Shown piece after piece: positions 9,394 to 17,700 of a DNA stretch of 64,000 nucleotides. A program made the translations under genes and the position numbers. This stretch comes from Candidatus Cloacimonadales bacterium (GTDB lineage Bacteria; Cloacimonadota; Cloacimonadia; Cloacimonadales; JAIOQZ01): contig CAXXTU010000002.1 in NCBI GenBank assembly GCA_963662655.2, positions 608,001-672,000 of the forward strand. The letters run 5' to 3'. The notes below the pieces were generated by a model, which ran no database searches, was not told where the DNA came from, and saw only the letters and a program-made list of their open reading frames with translations. Every line of letters starts with the position of its first letter. The first letter of the stretch is position 1.

Positions 9394-12300
9394 ATGAAAA
9401 TGAAACATTCACGGAAATTGATGTTATTAATCGTTTTATTGATGGCAGCGTTAAGCGCTCAAGCGCTTTACGTCGAAATCGGTGAAGGGACAAGTACAAC
9501 GTACTACTCTCCTGTTACCGGTTTATGGGACTACGGTTGGTCCAGAACGATCTTTTTGGCCGACGAACTCGGTACTGCAATGGATATCACAGGTTTGAGC
9601 TTACAGGTAAGTAATTCAGCCGCGCTAGATTATACCTTTGCAAACCAGAGTATCTATCTTGTTCACACTGCAGATGCAGAATTCACGGATCCTTCCTATC
9701 TCGATCCAGAAACTGCCGGTTACACACTGGTTAGGAATGGCGATATCACTTTCACCGGAACGGACTGGATAGAAATTCAGTTCGATAACGCTTTCTCCTA
9801 CAATGGCACGGACAATCTCATTCTCTGCTGGGTCAATAACGACGGAGACTGGGACTCGGACTATCCTGTCTTCTACTACACTTACATTTCGGGTCGTTGT
9901 TTATACGACAACCAGGACACAACTTTCCCCCAAATCGATGGAGCAATATCGGGTTATGTACCCAACATTCGTTTCCATTACACCATCGAAGGCGCACCGG
10001 AAGTCGCCTCAGATCCCAATCCTGGAAACGGCGCGGAAGATGTTCCTACAGACCTGAGTTCCCTGAGCTGGACCTTTGGCGCGAACACAAACAATTTCGA
10101 TGTTTACTTTGGGACGGACAATCCTCCTACGACGCTTATCGCTGACAATCAGGCAGCGTTCTCACCAATCGTAAGCCTTGAAGAAGAGCTTCTCGCAGAG
10201 ACGGATTATTACTGGAAAGTGATCTCCAGAAACAGTATCGGAGAAGTCTCCGGACCGGTATGGAGCTTTAAAACCGAAGACGTTTTGATCACCGAGTTCC
10301 CATACGGTTCGGATTTCGATGTGTTCCCTCCGGCCTATTTCGATCTTACAGGTGGTACAAGGAACTGGGCGCGGTATTCTTCCAACGGAATTACTGCCGC
10401 GTATTGTAATCTGTGGTCATGGGAAGAGGGCAATACAGCCTACATGAAACTTCCTCACATGACGCTTCCCGAATCACCGGCATTGACTTTCAACTGGTCT
10501 CATTTTTATAACGATGAATATCTTGAAGATGCTTTGACAGTTCAGATTTCCACAGACGATGGTGAAACTTGGACAAACCTTTGGTATAAAGAAGGTGTCG
10601 ACCTTGATTCAAACGATGGCGCTGGAAACACATCCCCCGGCGATTTTTCAACGATAGAAAACATCTCCCTCAACGACTATACTGGCCAGACGGTCGAGAT
10701 TCGCTTCTATGCACTCTCTGGATACGGCCCCAATCTCTATGTCGATAACGTTTACGTTTATTCCACGGGCACACCTCCCGGCCATGTGACTGCAGTAAGC
10801 CCCGAAGATGGCGAGGAAGGCGTTCTTCTGGACGGTACCCTTCAATGGAGCGCTGCTTTTGGAGCTGAGGGTTACAGTCTGTCATTTGGTACGGACAACC
10901 CACCAACGAACATTGTCAACAATGCCGACCAGGGCGAAAACACGACGTACGCATTCGAGAACCTCGATATCAATACCGTGTACTACTGGCAAGTCGTGCC
11001 TTACAATGGAGGCGGAAACGCCGTTGACTGCCCTGTATTCAGTTTCACGTCGATCGCAGTTCCTCTTCCTGCATCCGCTGTTGCGCCGACAAACTACGCT
11101 ACTGAAATTCCAAACGCAGGCACCCTGGAATGGTCGGACGCCTATATCGCTACCGGATACAAACTGTTCCTTGGAACAGACGACCCTCCCACAGACATTG
11201 TGAATGGAACGGACCTCGGCGAAGCGACTACATACAACTTCTCCGATCTCGACCTCAACACTACCTACTACTGGCAGGTTGTTCCTTACAATGGCAACGG
11301 CGATGCCGTCGATTGCCCGGTATGGAGATTCACTACGTTCAATTTGCCTGAAGTAACGGATTACAAAGCGCCTCGTGAAGAAGAACTCGATGTTCCCGAA
11401 TCGGGCGTACTTGTTTGGGATGAAATCGATGCTGACGGCTACTGCTTGTTCTTCGGAACCGACAATCCTCCAACAAACGTTGTGAATGGAAGCGACCTTG
11501 GTTTGGATAACTACTACCAATACCAAAATCTGGCGTTGAACACAACCTACTACTGGCAGGTCGTTCCTTACAACGCTGCCGGTAATGCAATCGAATGCCC
11601 GATCTGGAGCTTCACGACTGTCGCGACAAGTTCCAACTTCGGTACGGACGGTACGTACTACTTCGCGAACAGCATCTCCGATGGTGCTGCGCCCAGCTAT
11701 CCAACTTATAACTGGATCGATACGACGGATCATACAGAGTTGGTTCTGAACGGTAGTTCCCCTGATAACGGCAGCGCTGATGATGGAAACTGGAAGGTTG
11801 CATTACCGTTCAGCTTCCCGTTCTACGGAACGATGCAGGATACCGTTTGGGTGTCGACCAACGGAACGATCACATTCAGCAATTCCGCTCCGTACCAGAA
11901 CAAGCTCATCCCGGATGCAACAGTTCCCAACGGCTTAATTGCACCTCTGTGGGACGATTTCGAGTATTCGAACGATGCTCAGGTGTTTGTCGGTTCGAGC
12001 TCGAACAGCGTTACCATTACATACTGGCATCTGCCTACCCATACCTCTCCAACCAGCTACTACATGACGACACAGGTTACCATGTTCACAGACGGCAAAA
12101 TCATCGTGTGCTTCAACTACGATGAAAGCGCCGGCTATGTCAACTTTGGTGGCGCTTACGAATACGACTGTACAGTCGGTATTGAAAACATGGATGCAAC
12201 ATCCGGTATCCAGTATCGTGCATGTACGGATTACAACGGTGAATCCCCTCTGTATAACTTTGTCGGCGGACCAATCTATGATGTGAACGGCGGAAACCTG

Positions 12301-12609
12301 GCTCTGGCATTCGGTACCGACCAGAACGATCTCGACTGGCCTGTTGCCGGTCCTGGCGCACCGACAAACGTTGCGATCACCGTTGCCGAAGGCGCGACCC
12401 AGCTCAGCTGGAGCGCAGTCGACGGAGCAGCTTGTTACCACATCTACTACTGTGAGACACCGGACGGCACATTCGAGCTGCTCGGAACCACGGCAGAGAC
12501 GAGCTACACGCACAACGTTGTGAGTGGCAAATATTTCTACCATGTGAAATCGGACGACAGCGGAATCCTTCGCAACAACGTCCGTAAGTCCAGAAAGTTC
12601 TCAAAATAA
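9394..12609 (+). CDS. Large secreted protein with four Fn3-like repeats, a cleaved-adhesin-like domain and a nidogen-like domain
   Basis: Signal peptide; four GTD(N/D)PPT...YYW...FT/FK repeats; LPFSFPFYG...VSTNG...IAPLWDD; GGAGG RBS. Confidence 0.75.
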   Translation: MKMKHSRKLMLLIVLLMAALSAQALYVEIGEGTSTTYYSPVTGLWDYGWSRTIFLADELGTAMDITGLSLQVSNSAALDYTFANQSIYLVHTADAEFTDPSYLDPETAGYTLVRNGDITFTGTDWIEIQFDNAFSYNGTDNLILCWVNNDGDWDSDYPVFYYTYISGRCLYDNQDTTFPQIDGAISGYVPNIRFHYTIEGAPEVASDPNPGNGAEDVPTDLSSLSWTFGANTNNFDVYFGTDNPPTTLIADNQAAFSPIVSLEEELLAETDYYWKVISRNSIGEVSGPVWSFKTEDVLITEFPYGSDFDVFPPAYFDLTGGTRNWARYSSNGITAAYCNLWSWEEGNTAYMKLPHMTLPESPALTFNWSHFYNDEYLEDALTVQISTDDGETWTNLWYKEGVDLDSNDGAGNTSPGDFSTIENISLNDYTGQTVEIRFYALSGYGPNLYVDNVYVYSTGTPPGHVTAVSPEDGEEGVLLDGTLQWSAAFGAEGYSLSFGTDNPPTNIVNNADQGENTTYAFENLDINTVYYWQVVPYNGGGNAVDCPVFSFTSIAVPLPASAVAPTNYATEIPNAGTLEWSDAYIATGYKLFLGTDDPPTDIVNGTDLGEATTYNFSDLDLNTTYYWQVVPYNGNGDAVDCPVWRFTTFNLPEVTDYKAPREEELDVPESGVLVWDEIDADGYCLFFGTDNPPTNVVNGSDLGLDNYYQYQNLALNTTYYWQVVPYNAAGNAIECPIWSFTTVATSSNFGTDGTYYFANSISDGAAPSYPTYNWIDTTDHTELVLNGSSPDNGSADDGNWKVALPFSFPFYGTMQDTVWVSTNGTITFSNSAPYQNKLIPDATVPNGLIAPLWDDFEYSNDAQVFVGSSSNSVTITYWHLPTHTSPTSYYMTTQVTMFTDGKIIVCFNYDESAGYVNFGGAYEYDCTVGIENMDATSGIQYRACTDYNGESPLYNFVGGPIYDVNGGNLALAFGTDQNDLDWPVAGPGAPTNVAITVAEGATQLSWSAVDGAACYHIYYCETPDGTFELLGTTAETSYTHNVVSGKYFYHVKSDDSGILRNNVRKSRKFSK

Positions 12610-12634
12610 GGGTATATTCCCCCCTTATTGCCAT

Positions 12635-12662
12635 AAAACCGGCTGCCCCACAGCCGGTTTTC
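12635..12662 (+). terminator. Rho-independent terminator
   Basis: AAAACCGGCTG-CCCCA-CAGCCGGTTTT after the stop at 12609. Confidence 0.75.
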
Positions 12663-12672
12663 TTATTATGCG

Positions 12673-12706
12673 AAAAGGCCAACATCCTCATGGACGTTGG
12701 CCTTTT
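12673..12706 (-). terminator. Rho-independent terminator of the peroxiredoxin gene
   Basis: AAAAGGCCAAC...GTTGGCCTTTT between convergent genes. Confidence 0.7.
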
Positions 12707-12730
12707 GTCTTGCAGAGGGACTATCTATGA

Positions 12731-13414
12731 CTATAACTTGAGCTCTTTGAAGCAGAGGAACCAGTCGAGGCACTCGTATTCTTCGCCGGCGCCTTTAACG
12801 CGATCCGCAGCCTGTCCGCATGATCCTGGCGGCGGGATGATCACCTTGTCGCCGGGACGCCAGTCGGCGGGAGTAGCAACTCCGTACTTCTCAGCGGTTT
12901 GCATCGCGATGAGGAGTCTCTTGATCTCATCGAAGTTGCGGCCATTTGCCAACGGGTAGTAGACAAGCGCCCTGATCTTGGCGTTCGGGTCGATGAAGAA
13001 CACCGCGCGAACCGCCTGGGTGTCGGACGCTTCCGGCATCACCATGCCAAACGCCTTCGCGACGTCCATCTTCAGGTCTGCGATCACCGGGAATTTCACT
13101 TCGACATCCTTCATTCCCTTCCACTGGATTTTCTCTTTGATCGTACGAAGCCAGGCGATGTGCGAGTAATGGCTGTCGATGGAAAGGCCGATCAACTCTG
13201 TGTTGAGCTTCTCGAAATCTTCCTTCATGGAAGCGAATGTCATGAACTCGGTGGTGCATACGGGTGTGAAATCGGCCGGATGGCTGAAAAGGACGACCCA
13301 TTTGCCTTTGTAATCTTCAGGGAACTTAATGACGCCCTGAGTCGTCATAGCTGTAAACGATGGGGCTGTTTCTCCGATTAATGGGATGCGGGGAACGTTC
13401 TGTTCTTGGTTCAT
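12731..13414 (-). CDS. Peroxiredoxin, Prx6 subfamily
   Basis: FSHPADFTPVCTTE, GRNFDEI, TPADW; C-terminal CLDWFLC. Confidence 0.92.
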   Translation of the reverse strand: MNQEQNVPRIPLIGETAPSFTAMTTQGVIKFPEDYKGKWVVLFSHPADFTPVCTTEFMTFASMKEDFEKLNTELIGLSIDSHYSHIAWLRTIKEKIQWKGMKDVEVKFPVIADLKMDVAKAFGMVMPEASDTQAVRAVFFIDPNAKIRALVYYPLANGRNFDEIKRLLIAMQTAEKYGVATPADWRPGDKVIIPPPGSCGQAADRVKGAGEEYECLDWFLCFKELKL

Positions 13415-13438
13415 TTCTTTCTCCTTGGTTTTTCTTGT

Positions 13439-13897
13439 TTATTCTGTTGTGTTTTGAATGCAATTGTTGCAGATACCCCGGACTTCGATGGTAATCCTCT
13501 CGACATTCCCGATTTCCGGCAGGTCGGAAGGAATATTCAGGCAGTTCAAATGATCGTTCATGAAGTCGTAGACCTCTCCACAGACTTTACAGGTGAAGTG
13601 GTGGTGCTTGTCGAAATTGGCGTCGAAACGAGTTCTTTCCCGCGAATTGCCCAGCGCTTGGAGAATGTCCATGTCGACGAGCAGCCACAGCGTTCGATAA
13701 ACGGTATCGAGCGAGACAGTGGGCAGACGTTTGCGGATATTCTTGTAGATATTCTCCGCCGAGGGGTGATCGTGTGACTTCAGAACCTCTTTGAATATCT
13801 CCATCCTCTGATGGGTCGCTTTCACTCCGGATTCTCTTAAGCGGTCCTTGAGAATCTCCAGCATTTGATCTACGTTTTCTCGTTTGCTCTTTTCCAT
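13439..13897 (-). CDS. perR: Fur-family repressor, PerR-like
   Basis: HPSAE, SLDTVYRTL, HHHFTCKVC, CNNC; upstream of a peroxiredoxin. Confidence 0.8.
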   Translation of the reverse strand: MEKSKRENVDQMLEILKDRLRESGVKATHQRMEIFKEVLKSHDHPSAENIYKNIRKRLPTVSLDTVYRTLWLLVDMDILQALGNSRERTRFDANFDKHHHFTCKVCGEVYDFMNDHLNCLNIPSDLPEIGNVERITIEVRGICNNCIQNTTE

Positions 13898-13910
13898 CGG
13901 TTATTCCTTG

Positions 13911-13927
13911 TTAGTAATCATTCCTAA
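13911..13927. promoter_or_regulatory. Putative PerR/Fur box
   Basis: TTAGTAAT-C-ATTCCTAA, 8-1-8 inverted repeat (7/8 match), 13 nt upstream of the perR start. Confidence 0.6.
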
Positions 13928-14051
13928 ATAGGATAATTCACGAATGGGAAATGTCAAATTCTTTTTTGTTCTTCTAGCGAATGATCCGATAATCGATGTT
14001 AGATTATTGTGCAATAGTTTGTAAAATAAGATAGATAAATACGTTAGGGTT

Positions 14052-14912
14052 TCACTCTTTCAGGGATTTATTATGGATGACGCTTGTGATCTCGGCTCCG
14101 AAAAAGATGATCTGGATTGTGTAGTAGAGCCAGAAAAGCAGTAGCATGATAGATCCGGCTGTTCCATACAGCGAGCCAATCATACTCCGAGAGAGGTAGA
14201 AACCGATCAATTGTTGACCGAGCAGAAAAAGGATCGTGGTTGTGATCGCTCCCGGGATTACCTCGCGCCACTTCGTCCGGGAGGATGGCAGGTAGTGGAA
14301 GATAACGGTGAACAGCGCGGTGATGATCACGAACCCGCCGATGACGTTGAGGGTCTCCAGAAAGCTGGGGAAGCCGGGGAGGATTCGATCAAGGAAGTGC
14401 ACGAACGTCGTGATGAACGTACTGACGAAGATGACGAGAACCACCAGGAAACCGATCCCGATCACGATGAGGATGGAGTAGAAGCGCTCGATCAATCCGT
14501 GAACGATGGGATTGCGAGAAGAGGGCGGCACTTCGAGAATCGTGTTCATCGCGTCTCGAAGTTGCAGGAACACCCTCGACGCGCCGAAGAGGAGGAAGAT
14601 GAAGCCGAAAAGCGCGGCAACGATGTTTGTGGAGTTTTGGGTGTGTTCGCTCAGGAAGTATTTCAGTACCTCCTCTGCCTGGTTGCCCGAGAATTCCCCC
14701 AGTTTCTGCAACAGCTCTGTCTGGGCGGATTGCTCGCCATAGAAGAAACCCGCGATCGAGATCGCGATAATCGCGAGGGGAGCCAGCGAGAACAGCGTGT
14801 AAAACGTAACGGCGGCCGCGATGGCAGAGTTCTTGTGCTTGGACCAGTTATCCAGAACCTTGTTGAACATCCGCCAGGAAGTTTTTATAGAGTCTATAAT
14901 GTTTACACTCAT
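14052..14912 (-). CDS. YihY/BrkB family membrane protein
   Basis: AAAVTFYTLFSLAP, LRDAMNTI, YGTAGSIMLLLFWLYY...GAE. Confidence 0.9.
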   Translation of the reverse strand: MSVNIIDSIKTSWRMFNKVLDNWSKHKNSAIAAAVTFYTLFSLAPLAIIAISIAGFFYGEQSAQTELLQKLGEFSGNQAEEVLKYFLSEHTQNSTNIVAALFGFIFLLFGASRVFLQLRDAMNTILEVPPSSRNPIVHGLIERFYSILIVIGIGFLVVLVIFVSTFITTFVHFLDRILPGFPSFLETLNVIGGFVIITALFTVIFHYLPSSRTKWREVIPGAITTTILFLLGQQLIGFYLSRSMIGSLYGTAGSIMLLLFWLYYTIQIIFFGAEITSVIHNKSLKE

Positions 14913-14978
14913 TGCTGAATTGTACGCTGCCGGGAAAGGAAGTCAAGAAATTCGATACATCGAGTGAAGCGTTACTCG

Positions 14979-15242
14979 CTACGGGTTCGTCTCGGGAAGG
15001 TCTTCTTGTTCGCAAAGGTGCTGAGTTATCTTGAAGTGAAGTTGTTCCATATCACGTTGTACCTTCTTCTGGTTATGCTCCGAGTACTCGTGCAGCACGT
15101 TGATAATCTCTTTGTCCTTCAGGTTTATTGTGAAGCAGTACATGCGCGTGTGGTTTTGCTGGATATTCAAAATCTCGCTCACGGCGGATATCAAACTGAG
15201 TTCAACCTTCCGGTTTTCATCGATAACAAGATACTTTGCCAT
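14979..15242 (-). CDS. Hypothetical 87-aa protein downstream of a sigma54 promoter
   Basis: MAKYLVIDENRK...; ATG 15242 lies about 35 nt downstream of the -24/-12 element. Confidence 0.55.
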   Translation of the reverse strand: MAKYLVIDENRKVELSLISAVSEILNIQQNHTRMYCFTINLKDKEIINVLHEYSEHNQKKVQRDMEQLHFKITQHLCEQEDLPETNP

Positions 15243-15277
15243 TGTCACATCCGGATGTTTTAATAAAAATGTAGATT

Positions 15278-15294
15278 TGCAATAGCAATGCCAA
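15278..15294 (-). promoter_or_regulatory. Sigma54 (-24/-12) promoter
   Basis: Minus strand TTGGCATTGCTATTGCA has exact GG-N10-GC spacing, next to a GAFTGA activator gene. Confidence 0.7.
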
Positions 15295-15453
15295 AAAACA
15301 TTCGTGGAAACTCGCTCGTGTAACGTTTTGCATGATAAACGGATAGGCAGATGGCGGATATTTTGCGTTTGCCAGAGAGAATAAGTCAAAATAAACGAGT
15401 CAATCAAATTGCTCATTCAAAATGACAGAAAGAAGCGATCGAAGGCAGAAAAA

Positions 15454-17577
15454 TCACCTGGAATTCGCGTCGATATCCCTGAGCTTTCGCTGGATCGTCG
15501 AGTAGGATATTCCCAGAAGCTTGGCAGCATTGGTTTGGTTGTTATCGGCTCTTCTCATGGCCTCGAGGATCAGCCTTTTCTCCATTTCCGCCATGGTTCC
15601 GAATGCTACTTCGCCGCTTGGGCGTTCTTCGACTTCCGGCTGATCCAGATCGAAGTTATCGATATCCAAAACATCGCCAGTGAACATGATCATGGCCTTT
15701 TCTACCATGTTTCTGAGCTCCCGGACATTCCCCGGGAAATGGTAATCGACGAGTTTATCGAGTAGATGCGGTGTGTACGACGGCGCTTTTTTCTTGAGCG
15801 CTCTGGCGAACTCATCGATGAAATACTGAAGAAGAGGCTCAATGTCGTCCTTCCGCTCGCGCAGGGGAGGGATATTGATTTCGATGGTATTGATCCGGTA
15901 GAGGAGGTCGGCTCTGAACACATTCTGCTTGATGAGCCCTCCGATATCCTTATTGGTAGCGGCAATCAGACGAAAATCGATCTTGATTTCCTTGTTCGAG
16001 CCGATCTGTTTGATCTTCTTATTCTCGAGCACGCGCAGGAGCTTTGCCTGCAGGGCGGTGGGCGTATCTGCAATCTCGTCGAGGAACAGCGTACCCATGT
16101 TCGCTTCTTCGATGTAGCCCGTCTTGTTCATCAGCGCGCCGGTGAATGCGCCCTTGATGTGGCCGAAGAATTCGCTCTCGACAAGCCCGTCGGGGATTGC
16201 GCTGCAATTGACCGGCACGATCAGATAATCCTTGCGTTTACTCGCGTAATGAATGATGTGCGCGATGATCTCCTTGCCCGTACCGCTTTCACCGGTTATC
16301 AGCACGCTGGTCTCCGAGTGGTTGGCAGCCGTCATCGCCAGGTCCATCACATCGCGGATTGCCCTGCTGCAACCGATGAAATTCATATTCATGTTGCGCT
16401 TCAAAGCGTCTGTGATCAACGATTTGTGCCGACGTGTCTCCTGAAGTTCGCGGTTTGTCTCGTCGTATTTCTCCTGAAGCGATGTCAGCTTCTCGATGAT
16501 GTTGTCGTTGAAGAATTTATCGTGGTATTCCGTGTACTTCTTGTAGTGATCGAGCGCTCCCTTGAAGTTGCCTTTAAGCTCTTCGATTTCGCTGAGCAGC
16601 TGGTAGGCGTCCTGGGTTTCTTTCTGCTTCCCGAATTTATTCGCGAACTCCAAGCTTCTCATCGTGAAGCTTTCGGCGTGATCGTATTGCCCCATTTTCT
16701 TGTAAACGGTTCCAATGTGTAACAGGAATTCGGCCATGAACCGGTAGTTCTTGTGGTGATCACATAACCTTTGGGCCTCGAGATACTGCTTCAGGGCGTT
16801 GGGGTAATCGCCGAGGTCCTCGTAAACGCCACCGATGTTGTTCGTGAGAACGATGATCATGGTGTGGTAATTGATTTGCTCCGCGACCTGCAATGACTCC
16901 TTGTAGTACGCCAGCGTTTTCTGGGGGTCTTCCTGGCTGTACGATACGCCCAGATTGTTCAACGCCTGGATGATTCCGCCCTGGTGATGGATATTTTTCA
17001 TCAAAATCAACGACTTGTTCAGGTATTCTCTCGATTTATCCATCTGATTGAGAATGCCGTAGATGACGCCAACCGATTCCACAACGCTTGCATAATTCAG
17101 ATACTGGTCGGATGAATCGGTCAACAGCCCCTTGTCCTGAAGGTTGGTATAATACTCCATCGCTTCGAGGAAGATTGAAAGCGCTTCGTCGTGCTTGCCC
17201 TGAAATCTGCAGAAAGTACCTTTAAGTACGTGCGCTTTAATATATCCGGCCGTGTTGCTGAGGGATGTAAATATCGCTTGCGATTCTTCGATGTCCTCGA
17301 ACGCCTGATCGATCAGCCCCAGACGGTTGTTCACAAAAGCGCGAATACGGAGCATATCCGCGACCTTGCTCTGATCATTGTTCCTTGAATAAAGCTCGAT
17401 CAGTTCATTGATGTATAAGATCGCCTTATTGTTCTCGTTCTCATCAATGCAAATCTTGAAGAGATCAGATAGCAGCTTGCCGAGTGAGGTTTTATCTTTT
17501 GCGCGTCTTGCTTGCGGGAGTTGCTTTTCGATATCTTGAATAGAAAGCTTTATATTATCATTCTGGGCCATACTCAT
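15454..17577 (-). CDS. Sigma54-dependent activator with N-terminal TPR array and Fis-type HTH
   Basis: TPR repeats (ALNNLGVSY, TNNIGGVY, LHIGTVY); GESGTGKE, GAFTGA, LFLDEI, FPGNVREL; C-terminal HTH; no receiver domain. Confidence 0.9.
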   Translation of the reverse strand: MSMAQNDNIKLSIQDIEKQLPQARRAKDKTSLGKLLSDLFKICIDENENNKAILYINELIELYSRNNDQSKVADMLRIRAFVNNRLGLIDQAFEDIEESQAIFTSLSNTAGYIKAHVLKGTFCRFQGKHDEALSIFLEAMEYYTNLQDKGLLTDSSDQYLNYASVVESVGVIYGILNQMDKSREYLNKSLILMKNIHHQGGIIQALNNLGVSYSQEDPQKTLAYYKESLQVAEQINYHTMIIVLTNNIGGVYEDLGDYPNALKQYLEAQRLCDHHKNYRFMAEFLLHIGTVYKKMGQYDHAESFTMRSLEFANKFGKQKETQDAYQLLSEIEELKGNFKGALDHYKKYTEYHDKFFNDNIIEKLTSLQEKYDETNRELQETRRHKSLITDALKRNMNMNFIGCSRAIRDVMDLAMTAANHSETSVLITGESGTGKEIIAHIIHYASKRKDYLIVPVNCSAIPDGLVESEFFGHIKGAFTGALMNKTGYIEEANMGTLFLDEIADTPTALQAKLLRVLENKKIKQIGSNKEIKIDFRLIAATNKDIGGLIKQNVFRADLLYRINTIEINIPPLRERKDDIEPLLQYFIDEFARALKKKAPSYTPHLLDKLVDYHFPGNVRELRNMVEKAMIMFTGDVLDIDNFDLDQPEVEERPSGEVAFGTMAEMEKRLILEAMRRADNNQTNAAKLLGISYSTIQRKLRDIDANSR

Positions 17578-17700
17578 CACATCCTGATTATAGATAATGT
17601 ATTGATTAAACAAGTGTATGAGACGATTTAAAGCGTATTCTGTCAAGTGGGATTTAATAATTTAAAACGGAGGATCGCGTAAGGATTGTGAGAATGAATT

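Noticed and set aside
10780..11620. Roughly 290-nt direct repeats
   Set aside because: Coding repeats of the Fn3-like domains.
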